The notes under the pieces were generated by a model. It was not told the origin of the DNA, ran no database searches, and saw only the letters and a program-made list of their open reading frames with translations. The position numbers and the translations under genes were made by a program. From Nitrospiraceae bacterium (GTDB lineage Bacteria; Nitrospirota; Thermodesulfovibrionia; UBA6902): DNA of 64,000 nt. The stretch spans positions 11,667-75,666 of the forward strand of contig QZKC01000068.1 of assembly GCA_003599425.1 (NCBI GenBank). Reading direction: 5' to 3'. This document shows, in pieces, positions 9,073-19,085 of this stretch (positions are counted from its first letter, which is position 1; each line of letters opens with the position of its first letter).

Positions 9073-9236
9073 AAATATATTCCAATACTTAACTGTCTGA
9101 TTTATTGTTATTTTAATTTCTGGCTTTAATAAGAATTGAATTATTAGTGTTAATGTTTTTTACATAGTGTAATGAGGAGATTGATTGCTTAATTAATCAA
9201 CAAAGAAGTAGCGGCGAGAAGGGACCTGCTTTTAGT

Positions 9237-10796
9237 TTATGACAAAAGCAGTCGGTTTTTTTCCGATCTCGATTCCCCGATATTGGTTACATATATTGCA
9301 GGCTGACTTTTGACCGGACATTTCGTTTCACATATACCGCATCCGACGCACAACAGAAGATCAACTCTGGGCTGCTGAATAATGGTCTCCCGGCCTTCTC
9401 TGTCCTTTACAAGATTTTTTTCAAACCAGATAGCTTTTTTCGGTGTAGGACAGACCTCTTCACAGACAATGCATGGCGTTGCGTGCGAATAGGGAAGGCA
9501 TCTGCTCTTATCTATCATTGCAAGCCCCAATTTAACCTGCATCTTTTCTTCAAGAGGAAGCTTTTTAATAGCGCCCGTGGGGCAAACCTGTCCGCAAAGA
9601 GTACAACGAAATTCGCAGTATCCTATCTTCGGAACGAGCATCGGAGACCAGATCCCTTCCAACCCCGCTTCAAGGAATGTCGGTTGAAGACCGTTTGTAA
9701 TGCATACCTTCATGCACTCGCTGCACTTTACGCATCGTTTTAGGAACTCATCCTCCGCAAGGGCTCCGGGAGGCCTGAGGAGTTTTGAAGATATTACTGT
9801 AGATTGATAAAAAGGATTTACTCTGAGCAATGGAACTGCCAGCATCCCTCCGGCTGCTGACGCGATCACATGCCTCCTTCCGAGATCGATCCCATCAACA
9901 GAAACAGATTTCTTTTTATCCCCTGCAGAAAAACCAAAATTCACTGCATTCTGGGGGCATATATCATCACAGTTCCAGCAGTAAAGGCATTCAGTGGGTC
10001 TCCAGTATCCCTTTTTATCAGGTGAAGCGTTGCCCTGACAGACATGGGCACATGCACCGCATTCCGTGCATCCCTCGCTCACCGTCCTTTTGAGAATTGA
10101 ATATCTCGATAATAACCCCAGCAATGCACCGAGGGGGCAAAGGTTCCTGCACCAGAATCTTGTTTGGTAAAGGTTTAATCCGAGGATCAGAAAGAACAGC
10201 ATACCGATAAATACAGATTGATTAAAATGAGGTTGCTGGAAAGACATGACACTTTTTTTCAGAAATGTGTATATGGTTTCAGAAACCTGTACAAGCCCTT
10301 TGGGATTCATGTCATATACCGCATCAAAAGCCGCCCTGAGGCCGTAATTGAACAGCGGGTATACGCTGACAGAAAAAGACCTGATAAGAAGTGCTAAGGG
10401 ATCCAGAATGCCGGTTAACTGCATGGTAAAAACAGATGATGCAAGAAGAAATATCAGAATATAATATTTAATTCTGTACCAGTTAAGACTTACGTCACCC
10501 TGTTTTTTTCTCTTGAACGCCCCTATGATGTTGTTCAGTGTTCCAAGAGGACATATCCATCCGCAGAATACTCTTCCAAGTATTATTGTTGCTATGATTA
10601 TGATCAGGGAAAGATAAAATGCTTTCGGGACCGTATGTGCCGAAAGAAACGTTGTGATAAAAATGAGCGGATCGAAATCAAGAAATAATTTTACAGGATA
10701 ACCAAGCTCATCTGCCCCTTTTGACTCGGTCTGTATAAAGAGAAAGAAGAAAAGCAGCAGGAATACAGCCTGTGAGGTTCTTCTCAGGTTTTGCAT
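9237..10796 (-). CDS. Membrane polyferredoxin, NapH/MauN-like domain fused to NapG/MauM-like domain
   Basis: TM helices with GRVFCGWICPLG and FWCRNLCPLG; many CxxCxxCxxxCP motifs; LRPPGA..EDEFL NapG signature. Confidence 0.85.
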   Translation of the reverse strand: MQNLRRTSQAVFLLLFFFLFIQTESKGADELGYPVKLFLDFDPLIFITTFLSAHTVPKAFYLSLIIIIATIILGRVFCGWICPLGTLNNIIGAFKRKKQGDVSLNWYRIKYYILIFLLASSVFTMQLTGILDPLALLIRSFSVSVYPLFNYGLRAAFDAVYDMNPKGLVQVSETIYTFLKKSVMSFQQPHFNQSVFIGMLFFLILGLNLYQTRFWCRNLCPLGALLGLLSRYSILKRTVSEGCTECGACAHVCQGNASPDKKGYWRPTECLYCWNCDDICPQNAVNFGFSAGDKKKSVSVDGIDLGRRHVIASAAGGMLAVPLLRVNPFYQSTVISSKLLRPPGALAEDEFLKRCVKCSECMKVCITNGLQPTFLEAGLEGIWSPMLVPKIGYCEFRCTLCGQVCPTGAIKKLPLEEKMQVKLGLAMIDKSRCLPYSHATPCIVCEEVCPTPKKAIWFEKNLVKDREGRETIIQQPRVDLLLCVGCGICETKCPVKSQPAIYVTNIGESRSEKNRLLLS

Positions 10797-10836
10797 CTAT
10801 CAGATAACCAGTTTATCATTTACAGGCGTACGTATG

Positions 10837-11739
10837 TTATATGTTTAATTTCCTGATCCTGACCTTCTCAAGATCCATTTTCCCTATGCCATAATCTGCC
10901 GCAATTTTTACATATCCGAGGTCGCTTCCCTTCATCCCGAAAAGTGTCGCTCCATACGAGTCCACTGCAACCTGATCCATGCTGACTATAACTGTATCCA
11001 GTCTTTGCACATCAGCCAGATTTCCGCCCTGCGGCCCGTTTGCGGTAAGTACCCTTACCGCATCCAGCACAGTGAGCGTTGGTTTAACAACCATGGAAAG
11101 GTCTACAAGGCTTCGGTCCAGCTTCTGATGTATCTGGTTACGTTCTCCTCCCATGATCCCCATCCAGTTCTTCATTGACATGGTAAGCTTTGCAAGGCTG
11201 TGATGTTTTGCTACCGGTATGTTTATAACTTTGTCAGCTTCAAATATTTCAATATAGAGCGGCCATTCTTTCATGGCTTCCCCCTTCATCTTCATGACCC
11301 TGAATTTCCTGTCATCAACAAAATCTGCGTCTGCTCCGAGGGATCTCACCGCCTGCGCGATACCGCTTTGTATATAACATCTTCGCGGATCATTGACCGG
11401 ACGGTCAAACACCTTAACCTTTTTTGCTCCAGCTTCAAAGCATAATTTAGTCACAGTCGCAACCACATCAGGATTTGTATTCGCTGCCTGCTCAGGGACT
11501 CTGTCCCACGCCATGTTTGGTTTGATCACAACAATATCGCCTCTTGAAATGAACCTTCTTATTCCTCCAATAGCATCAATTGCTGCCCTTGTTATGACTT
11601 CAGCAGATTTACCCTTGGCGACTATCAGATCTGGTGGCTGTGTTTCTTCTTTTACTTCCAGGATCGCCTTGATCTCAGCAGGGACTGAAAGACCAATCCC
11701 TGCCATCCCTGCTATTTTAAGGAAATCTCTTCTGTTCAT
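10837..11739 (-). CDS. DUF362 domain protein with Tat signal
   Basis: MNRRDFLK twin-arginine motif; VVIKPN, INIPVAKHH and SMKNWMG motifs. Confidence 0.85.
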   Translation of the reverse strand: MNRRDFLKIAGMAGIGLSVPAEIKAILEVKEETQPPDLIVAKGKSAEVITRAAIDAIGGIRRFISRGDIVVIKPNMAWDRVPEQAANTNPDVVATVTKLCFEAGAKKVKVFDRPVNDPRRCYIQSGIAQAVRSLGADADFVDDRKFRVMKMKGEAMKEWPLYIEIFEADKVINIPVAKHHSLAKLTMSMKNWMGIMGGERNQIHQKLDRSLVDLSMVVKPTLTVLDAVRVLTANGPQGGNLADVQRLDTVIVSMDQVAVDSYGATLFGMKGSDLGYVKIAADYGIGKMDLEKVRIRKLNI

Positions 11740-11763
11740 AAGACCTCCACTAACGCATATTTG

Positions 11764-11877
11764 CTAAAGAAGAATATTAATACCGAATAAAGTCCTGTAG
11801 TCGATTTCACTCTGTTCGCCGTTAAGATCCTGCACAACAGGGAATCCTACAGAGATATATGCTCCTACCTTTAGAAT
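11764..11877 (-). pseudogene. Possible C-terminal remnant of an outer-membrane beta-barrel gene
   Basis: Start-less frame ILKVGAYISVGFPVVQDLNGEQSEIDYRTLFGINILL* with alternating beta-strand pattern, preceded by an in-frame TAA. Confidence 0.4.
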
Positions 11878-11967
11878 TTATATTCACAATTTTATCACAC
11901 ATTTGGCAGAAACCAAAATAGCGGAATTCGTGAGCAATTATATTTTTAAATCCAACGATAAGGAGTT

Positions 11968-11995
11968 ATCATTGCGAGCGAAACGAAGCGATCTC
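11968..11995. repeat. Fragment of a GTCATTGCGAGC...GCAATCTC-type REP/MITE-like repeat
   Basis: atcattgcgagcgaaacgaagcgatctc resembles a widespread intergenic repeat family (recognised from memory); only one arm is present. Confidence 0.5.
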
Positions 11996-12019
11996 GCCGA
12001 GGGACTACCTAAATAAAGA

Positions 12020-12427
12020 CTATCCTACGGTAAGCTTTTGGGAGCGTTCAAGAACGATCTGAACACCTTTCCTGTTGGCTGCATTGATTATGAGGGGGCC
12101 ATGAAAATTAGCTATCACATCATCCCCGCTCACCCTCACAATCACGAGAATGACAGTATTCTCGTCATTATCGTCGATCTGGAGATGCTTTTTTACTGGT
12201 TTGTCTATGTCGATGGAATACTCAGCGGCAAGCAGGTCGGGAGGAGCAACGATGAAAGCAATATCAGGATCATCCACGGCCTGAAGCCATTTCAGAGGGG
12301 TATCTTTGTGATCAATAAGGATGAAACGTTTCAAATCGGGAATCCCTATCAACCCGTCAGAAAAGTCTATTATCTTTTTTTCGTCCGCCTCTAAGATACC
12401 AAATCTTGAAGTATTGATCTTTATCAT
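12020..12427 (-). CDS. fliW: Flagellar assembly factor FliW
   Basis: [19 protein letters not shown] and [10 protein letters not shown] motifs; coupled to csrA. Confidence 0.92.
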   Translation of the reverse strand: MIKINTSRFGILEADEKKIIDFSDGLIGIPDLKRFILIDHKDTPLKWLQAVDDPDIAFIVAPPDLLAAEYSIDIDKPVKKHLQIDDNDENTVILVIVRVSGDDVIANFHGPLIINAANRKGVQIVLERSQKLTVG

Positions 12428-12654
12428 TTTGACTCCAGTGCTTTGCTTATTTTCTGAAATTCGTCAATTAAAAGGCCTGATGACAGGAGGTTCTCCTCTT
12501 TTATTTTTTCGTATAATTCTTTTCTATAAATTCTCAGATGCGATGGCGCCTGAATCCCGATCCGCACTGAATTGCCTTTTACTTCAACAATTGTGATGGT
12601 TATATCATCACCGATCTTTATCGATTCATTTGACTTCCGTGTCAATACCAGCAT
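12424..12654 (-). CDS. csrA: Carbon storage regulator CsrA with C-terminal extension
   Basis: [30 protein letters not shown]. Confidence 0.96.
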   Translation of the reverse strand: MLVLTRKSNESIKIGDDITITIVEVKGNSVRIGIQAPSHLRIYRKELYEKIKEENLLSSGLLIDEFQKISKALESK

Positions 12655-12736
12655 CCTGCCTCCTGTTTGTTAATTATGGGTTAAAATAGGGAACACCATA
12701 AAAACTGATCCCTGATCCATGCCCCTGATACCTGTT

Positions 12737-13615
12737 TTAACCTAAAAAATCCATCAATGATTGTGATAATACTTTTGAACCTGACGCTCTCAATGATTCA
12801 AGTGCGTACTGTATTTTTGTGAGCTCGCTTATCGTACCTGCCAAATCTGTGTCCTCGAGATCAGACAATAACATCTTTAATGAGGTGCTTCTGTCTGCAT
12901 GTGTACTTTTCAATCTTTCGAGATAGCCCATCCTCGCACCGACGTCCGCGCGGACATTCGCTATTTGTCCGAGAGCATTATCGAGAGAGGTTGTAGACGC
13001 CCTGATCGCCGTCACATCATTGCTGGTAAGAGCATTATACAGATTATCAAGGGTTTCGAAGTAAGTCTCTCCTCCATAGCTGAAAGCTTCATCTCCAGTA
13101 ACGTTTATCGACACTGTGGAATCTCTGTCGATAAGTACGTTGATCATGTTGGTATCGCCAGAATAATTAAACCCTGCATCAAAGGGTTGTGCGTCTGTTT
13201 TATATCCCGAAAAAATATATCTGTCGCGAAACTTTGTCTGAGAAAGTCTTAAAGTCTCGTCTCTCAAGCTGGCAATCTCTTCAGCAATGGATGCCCTGTC
13301 TGATGCAGTCTGTGTATCTGTAGAAGCCTGTAAGGCAAGCTCCCGCGCACGTATTAATGCGTTTGCAGCAGAAGACATGATTGTATCGGTCAACCCGAGT
13401 TGACTATCTGCCTCATCAATATTTTTCATATATTGTTCCATCTCATTGATGCGCACCTTGTAATCCATCCCGTTCGCCAGACCGAAAACATCATCAGAAG
13501 GCTTGTTGATTTTTTTACCTGTGGAGAGTCTCTCTGATTGAACAGACATATCTCTTATTCTCTCCTGTAGAGATCTTGTCATTTGGTTAAATATGGTGAA
13601 AGATGTAATTCTCAT
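12737..13615 (-). CDS. flgL: Hook-associated protein 3
   Basis: LSTGKKINKPSDD flagellin-like N-terminus; SLMDFL C-terminus; follows flgK. Confidence 0.93.
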   Translation of the reverse strand: MRITSFTIFNQMTRSLQERIRDMSVQSERLSTGKKINKPSDDVFGLANGMDYKVRINEMEQYMKNIDEADSQLGLTDTIMSSAANALIRARELALQASTDTQTASDRASIAEEIASLRDETLRLSQTKFRDRYIFSGYKTDAQPFDAGFNYSGDTNMINVLIDRDSTVSINVTGDEAFSYGGETYFETLDNLYNALTSNDVTAIRASTTSLDNALGQIANVRADVGARMGYLERLKSTHADRSTSLKMLLSDLEDTDLAGTISELTKIQYALESLRASGSKVLSQSLMDFLG

Positions 13616-15234
13616 AAATTGATTATTGTCTGTAACAATTCATCAGTAACCTTTAATATCCTGGCCCCGGCCTCGTATGACCTCTGATAACGTATAAGAT
13701 TGGCAGCTTCTTCATCGAGAGAAACTCCTGACGTCTCATCCCTTTTTTTCTGCAGCTCAAACAGAAGGTTGTCATCATAGGTCAAACTGTCTGATGCCGC
13801 CTTGCTCATAACCCCAACATTTGAAATGATCCCGCTATAGTAATTTTCGAATGTCGAACCATCAAGATCGGAAATGCCTCCCTGAGACAACTGATACATT
13901 TGTAATGCCTTCGTATTGTCTCCAGGCAATGTTTGGTCTGAAGATGCTGCACTGATCTTTCGTATATCGGATATTTCAACGTTGAAATTCTCGATCACGC
14001 CGTTGAGAGGGCTTATAAAAAAACTGTCTCCACCTGCAGGAGAACCATCAATAACTACATCTATCCCTTCAAAACTTATCGTTGCTCCGGCGCTGTACGT
14101 TCCTGATGTTACAAGTGCTCCCGATGTCTTGTTATACACTTCGTAACTTGACGCATCAGTAAAGTTTATATCATATTCATCAAGTGTAAGGGTTGATACG
14201 TCGGAAACAACTGATGATGTAATATATGCTCCTGAAGAATAGTCGAGTGAAAATATCTGGAGCGGGTTAAAAAAATCATTACCCGTTGAACTGTCAAGAC
14301 CATAACCTGTCTGGTGCAGGCTGTTTGTTTCCTTGACGATAGAAGCAACGAGTTTCCTCAAGGCTGCCAGGGTCTCAGACTTTATATCATCCCTGACATC
14401 AATGTTCCCGCCGAGTTTTCCTTTCTCGAACATGGATGTTATATCTGCTCCACCAAAAGTAATGCTATTATTCCCTTCAATGTCTTCTGTGGCAGAAAGC
14501 TCATAGGACTGGAGCGGGGTTACAAGGCTTCTCCCCCCTATCAGTACAGTCACATATTTACTGTCATCTTCATACCATGTATAATTTGTTAGTTCAGCAA
14601 GATCATTCAGAAGCTTATCTCTCTGGTCTCTCATATTACTTGCCTGATTGATATTTTGTCCTGATTCAGTCTGCGCTATTTTTTCATTCAATTGTGAAAT
14701 CTGTGAAGCTATGGAATTTACCTGTCCGACAACATTTACTATTTCGTCATTTACATCCTTGAGGATATCTGAAATATCCCTTTCGATCTGCTTTGCATTT
14801 TGAACGAGGGTCTTTGCCTGCTGAAGCAGAATCGTCCTTTGGGTCTGACTTTCAGGATTGGTTGCAACACCCTGCCATGCGTTGAAATAGTTCTTTAGTG
14901 AATCGGACAACCCGAGGTCTTTTGTTTCATTCAATATCTGCTCAAGATTGCTTAATCCGCGATCCAGTGCATATGATCTCCCGAAACTCTGGTTTTGCCC
15001 TATTATCTGCATATGAATGAACTTGTCATAGTGCCTTCTTATTTCAGACGTCCTCACTCCTCTTCCCAGAAAGTCTCCTCCAATCTGGACAGAATTTGAA
15101 ACCTCAAGGATCACCTCCTGACGGTTATATCCAGGGGTGTTCACATTAGCTATATTATTGCTAACAACATTTAAAGCCTTCTGACTTGCGAACAGTGCGG
15201 ATTTCCCTATATCAAAAAGTCCGAAAAGGGACAT
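13612..15234 (-). CDS. flgK: Hook-associated protein 1
   Basis: NNIANVNTPGYNRQ and SGVSLDEEAANLIRYQRSYEA. Confidence 0.95.
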   Translation of the reverse strand: MSLFGLFDIGKSALFASQKALNVVSNNIANVNTPGYNRQEVILEVSNSVQIGGDFLGRGVRTSEIRRHYDKFIHMQIIGQNQSFGRSYALDRGLSNLEQILNETKDLGLSDSLKNYFNAWQGVATNPESQTQRTILLQQAKTLVQNAKQIERDISDILKDVNDEIVNVVGQVNSIASQISQLNEKIAQTESGQNINQASNMRDQRDKLLNDLAELTNYTWYEDDSKYVTVLIGGRSLVTPLQSYELSATEDIEGNNSITFGGADITSMFEKGKLGGNIDVRDDIKSETLAALRKLVASIVKETNSLHQTGYGLDSSTGNDFFNPLQIFSLDYSSGAYITSSVVSDVSTLTLDEYDINFTDASSYEVYNKTSGALVTSGTYSAGATISFEGIDVVIDGSPAGGDSFFISPLNGVIENFNVEISDIRKISAASSDQTLPGDNTKALQMYQLSQGGISDLDGSTFENYYSGIISNVGVMSKAASDSLTYDDNLLFELQKKRDETSGVSLDEEAANLIRYQRSYEAGARILKVTDELLQTIINL

Positions 15235-15689
15235 TATGTCTCCTTTGACAAAAGTACCCCTGTGGTTTGGGGTATATGCTGGGTTGTGAACGAATGGAAA
15301 AAACTTGCAGTTGTTTTGATGTATCTGAGGGACCGGTCAATAAGAATACTGTTGACCTTGTTCATCTCATCAATATTCTGCAGAATTGAAAGCATCCGGG
15401 ACCGCAATTCCGAAAATGCCCCGTTGCCTGTATGCCGTCCAAGATCGTCCAGATTAATGCCATTTAAAATGCCATTGTCTTCCGCAAATTTCTTCATTAA
15501 ACGAATGCGTTCTTCTTCAAGAAGTCTAAGACGCATAACGACCGTATCTTTCACTTTCGAGATCTCTTCTATTTTCTCAGCATTAATACTTACAAGACAC
15601 TGTCTCTCCTCTTCCAGAAGATCGAGAAGCCTCTTGTAAGTATTTACCTGCTCTTCAAGAATATTGATGATGGCCCTGTCTGATGTCAT
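15234..15689 (-). CDS. flgN: Flagellar export chaperone FlgN
   Basis: Helical 151-aa protein between flgM and flgK. Confidence 0.85.
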   Translation of the reverse strand: MTSDRAIINILEEQVNTYKRLLDLLEEERQCLVSINAEKIEEISKVKDTVVMRLRLLEEERIRLMKKFAEDNGILNGINLDDLGRHTGNGAFSELRSRMLSILQNIDEMNKVNSILIDRSLRYIKTTASFFHSFTTQHIPQTTGVLLSKET

Positions 15690-15979
15690 ATTTCTTCTAA
15701 TATTTTTTCCGCTATCTTTCTCGGGTCTATATTGTAGTTCCCTGTGTCAATAGCTTTTTTCAGGGCATCAACCTTGTCAGTTCTAATGTCAGGAAGCTGA
15801 TCTATCGCTGCCTTCAGTTCACTTATTTCTTTCGCCGTTCCTGAGACACTGATTTTGTCGCCTTCACTTTCCGGTTTTCCTACATTCTTTTTCTTGTCTG
15901 CTTCTTTACTGTCAGTTGTTTCCTGAACTTTATTGTATAGCTCTTTCTTATCTATCGGATTATTTCCATCAATTCTCAT
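15686..15979 (-). CDS. flgM: Anti-sigma28 factor FlgM
   Basis: DKISVS, PDIRTDKVDALKKAI..G.Y.ID..KIAEKIL. Confidence 0.93.
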   Translation of the reverse strand: MRIDGNNPIDKKELYNKVQETTDSKEADKKKNVGKPESEGDKISVSGTAKEISELKAAIDQLPDIRTDKVDALKKAIDTGNYNIDPRKIAEKILEEI

Positions 15980-16042
15980 TACGATTACCCCCTTTCATTT
16001 AGCTCTCCGATGTGTAATATTTTTTTACACCTCCTGTTTCTT

Positions 16043-16069
16043 TTATCGGCATTTATTTTGTTTTCTTTA
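16043..16069 (-). promoter_or_regulatory. sigma28 (FliA) promoter for flgM-flgN-flgK-flgL
   Basis: Perfect TAAA-N15-GCCGATAA on the minus strand. Confidence 0.9.
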
Positions 16070-16072
16070 ATT

Positions 16073-16444
16073 TTATTTTTCATCTATGTTTTTATTTACT
16101 TTAGCATGTTCATCTATCTTTTTATTAAGAAAATCTTCGAGTGATTTCTGGAGCCCTACCCCCCTCTCTGACATTACTTTGGATAATTCCATATCAAATA
16201 AATCCATATATGTATCTTTTCCCAAGCCATGCTCCTCAGAAGACGCGCTGCCTGATGCCCTTCTCATCACCTTGATCAATTCATGAATAAAAAGCGCCTC
16301 CATCTCTTTGGCAACTTTTTTTATGTCTGTATTTTCACTGTTCCCATCTGCATGAGAGGATGGCAACACAGGCATTCTCTTAACGCTTTTTTTAAATGCA
16401 TCCAGGCCAGTATTAGCTGGAATGTAATTGCTCAAGATGTCCAT
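16073..16444 (-). CDS. flgJ: Short FlgJ (rod-binding domain only)
   Basis: KVAKEMEALFI..L.KVMR, YMDLFD.EL, G.GL; no muramidase domain. Confidence 0.8.
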   Translation of the reverse strand: MDILSNYIPANTGLDAFKKSVKRMPVLPSSHADGNSENTDIKKVAKEMEALFIHELIKVMRRASGSASSEEHGLGKDTYMDLFDMELSKVMSERGVGLQKSLEDFLNKKIDEHAKVNKNIDEK

Positions 16445-17584
16445 TTATATGATCTCCAGTTCCGCTCTTAAAGCACCTGCTGCCTTGAGCGCCTGAAGTA
16501 TGGATATCAAGTCTCTCGGAGTTACACCCAATGCATTCAGCGCCCTTACTACCTCACCCAGGGTAACGCCTGATACCTGGACAAGCGATCCTTTTTGCTC
16601 TTTCACGTTAATTTCCGTTCGTGGTACCGTAACAGTCTCCGCATCTTCCGGAGCAAGAGGCAATGGTTGTGAAACCTCAGGCGTTTCCCTGATCTCGATT
16701 GCAAGGGATCCATGAGCGATCGCAACGGGTGAAATGGATACATTATCGCCGATTACTATAGTCCCTGTTCTCTCGTTAACCACAATCCTTGCCGGCATAT
16801 CGACCCTGACGTCAACTGCTTCAATTTTCGTGATGAATCCGACTGGATCCATTTGATACTGATCCGGTATGGTTAAATTTATTGATGATGAATCTGCCGG
16901 AACAGCATAAGCTCCGTGAAGTTCCCTGTTGATCTGTTCTGCTATCGTATTTGCGGTAGTAAAATCCGCTTTGTGCAGGAACAACCGGATGCTGTCTCCA
17001 TTCCCAAGGACAAATTGAGGTTCTATTTCAATCGTTACCCCCTCAGGGATTTTTCCTGCGGCCGGATGATTTTTTTGCGACTTTGCTCCTTCACCCTCTG
17101 CTGCAAAACCGCCTATGGAAACAGGCCCCTGTGCAAGGGCATAAACTGTCCCGTCAGGCCCCTTAAGCGGAGTAAGAAGGAGCGTGCCTCCCTGAATACT
17201 TTTTGCGTCGCCGATAGTTGAGACAAGTGCGTCAATCTTCGTCCCCGGCTTTGCAAACGGCGGCAATGTAGCCGTGACTATAGTTGCAGCAATGTTTTTT
17301 GACTTCAAATCGTCAGAATTGATCGTGAGCCCCATCCTTTTCAGCATGTTCACTATACCCTGAACGGCAGCCTGTCCTTTATCTCCAGTGCCATCAAGGC
17401 CAATTACAATCCCGTATCCAATTAATTGATTGTCACGCACTCCCTCAAAACGTGCAATGTCTTTGATACGTTCAGCGTAAACAGAAGTGAACAGTGAACA
17501 GTAGACAGTGAACAGCAAAAAAAATACAAAAATTAATTTCATGTTTACCAGCAGTCTTCTTTTAATTTCTAATGTCATTTTCAT
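16445..17584 (-). CDS. flgI: Flagellar P-ring protein
   Basis: ERIKDIA..GVRDNQLIGYGIVIGLDGTGD and ILQALKAAGALRAEL; alternative start at 17542. Confidence 0.96.
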   Translation of the reverse strand: MKMTLEIKRRLLVNMKLIFVFFLLFTVYCSLFTSVYAERIKDIARFEGVRDNQLIGYGIVIGLDGTGDKGQAAVQGIVNMLKRMGLTINSDDLKSKNIAATIVTATLPPFAKPGTKIDALVSTIGDAKSIQGGTLLLTPLKGPDGTVYALAQGPVSIGGFAAEGEGAKSQKNHPAAGKIPEGVTIEIEPQFVLGNGDSIRLFLHKADFTTANTIAEQINRELHGAYAVPADSSSINLTIPDQYQMDPVGFITKIEAVDVRVDMPARIVVNERTGTIVIGDNVSISPVAIAHGSLAIEIRETPEVSQPLPLAPEDAETVTVPRTEINVKEQKGSLVQVSGVTLGEVVRALNALGVTPRDLISILQALKAAGALRAELEII

Positions 17585-17605
17585 GTCCTCTCACTCATCA
17601 CTTTC

Positions 17606-18379
17606 TCAGAAAGGCCATACGTTATCAAGTATTCTTACGAGCCAGCCCGGACTCTGCTTGTCCTGGATAACTCCGTCTCCAACGTAATATATCCTCGCGT
17701 CGGCTATTTTGCTGCTGCTGATATTGTTGTTGGCATCAATATCGTCTGGTCTTGCCATCCCGGCAAATACCAGTAGCTGTTTTTCATTATTAATGGTCAT
17801 CTCTTTCCTTGCTTCCAGTGAAAGATTTCCATTCGGCAATACTTCCACAACTTTTGCAGTTATTGTTGCCACGAGCTTCCCTTCCCTGTTCGTATCCCCC
17901 TTCCCTTTGAACTCGGATTTTCCATCACCTGCAACAGCAGGCTCAAATATATTCGTCCCTTTGAATAAGTCTTTCAGAAGGAAAGCTTTATGCAAATTAA
18001 AATCTTTATTCATGCCGAATATGTTTGCAGCATCATAGTCTGCCGTGGACTCCCTGCTTGTATCAGTGTCAGCCTTGCCTGAACCTGAAAGGTTTTCCTC
18101 AATATTTATGGTCACAAGATCATTCAGCCTTCTTGCCTTAGTGTCATTGAATATATTACCGGAGTCGTTCCACAGGGAGTTTACTGATGATTTGATCGCC
18201 TCATTTTCATGGTATACATATTTTGGTGGCTCTGGCGGCAGCTTCGCAGAAGGAGAAGCGCAACCGATTATACACAGAGCAGAAAGCAGAGATATATTAC
18301 AGCACCACCATTTGCTGACAGATAACCGTTGACCGCTGACTCCTTTCGCTTTACAGTTCAATTTTGACAGTATTTTCAT
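17606..18379 (-). CDS. flgH: Flagellar L-ring lipoprotein
   Basis: Lipobox IIGC; D.KARR.NDLVTI.I.E, RPDDI and PGWL..ILDNVWPF. Confidence 0.94.
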   Translation of the reverse strand: MKILSKLNCKAKGVSGQRLSVSKWWCCNISLLSALCIIGCASPSAKLPPEPPKYVYHENEAIKSSVNSLWNDSGNIFNDTKARRLNDLVTINIEENLSGSGKADTDTSRESTADYDAANIFGMNKDFNLHKAFLLKDLFKGTNIFEPAVAGDGKSEFKGKGDTNREGKLVATITAKVVEVLPNGNLSLEARKEMTINNEKQLLVFAGMARPDDIDANNNISSSKIADARIYYVGDGVIQDKQSPGWLVRILDNVWPF

Positions 18380-19034
18380 CAATCAATACTCCTCTCACTT
18401 CTTTTCTTGATGACAGATTAATTGCCTTAACCTGTGTCCCTATATATCCTTTTTCCCTGATCTCTCCTGCAGCCGTGATATTGAAGCCTGGGGCGCTGTA
18501 TAACAGCACCACCCTGTTACCTTTTTTTACGGTCCCTGTTTTCTCAATCATGTCCTGAACGATCACCATATCTGCCAGAATAGACCTTTTCAAAGGTTTT
18601 CCGATTATCGACTCAGGGTTCTTAACTGCACTTTTAGGCATTCTGTTTATGTCCATTTCGGATAAATAGACATCGCTATCCTGAAGGACGTATCCTTTTT
18701 TCAACGGCCTTATGCTTTTGACAACTGCGTCCAGTGCCCTGATGTCAGCTTTTACGATGATTTTATTGTCGTTTTCGTCCGTAAAAGAAAAAACACCTTT
18801 GCCAACAGGTCCCTTTTCTACAGTTATCTGATCAGGAGATGCTCCTGCCAGATCACCTGCAACATTTACATTCGTTACTTCAATCTTTTGCCACGGATAG
18901 TTATTTTCGAGGTATGCCTGAAGGGCGCTTTCAGGTTGCAACGGATCTGCGATAGCTGCGGGGAGGCAAAATGACATAATTATAGTGCAGAATACGAGCA
19001 CAAAGACGCTATGAGTGATAATTATACGGGTCAT
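18351..19034 (-). CDS. flgA: P-ring formation chaperone FlgA
   Basis: Signal peptide, SAF-like region, VKKG..V..G..G..V.A.N.SS; position between flgG and flgH. Confidence 0.88.
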   Translation of the reverse strand: MTRIIITHSVFVLVFCTIIMSFCLPAAIADPLQPESALQAYLENNYPWQKIEVTNVNVAGDLAGASPDQITVEKGPVGKGVFSFTDENDNKIIVKADIRALDAVVKSIRPLKKGYVLQDSDVYLSEMDINRMPKSAVKNPESIIGKPLKRSILADMVIVQDMIEKTGTVKKGNRVVLLYSAPGFNITAAGEIREKGYIGTQVKAINLSSRKEVRGVLIDENTVKIEL

Positions 19035-19085
19035 CTCTGCTCCTTTTTATCCAAAGCATGCTTATTAAAATTTTCTCTCACCTCA

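Noticed and set aside
12020..12654. csrA-fliW pair as a novel system
   Set aside because: This is the established flagellin-FliW-CsrA partner-switching module.
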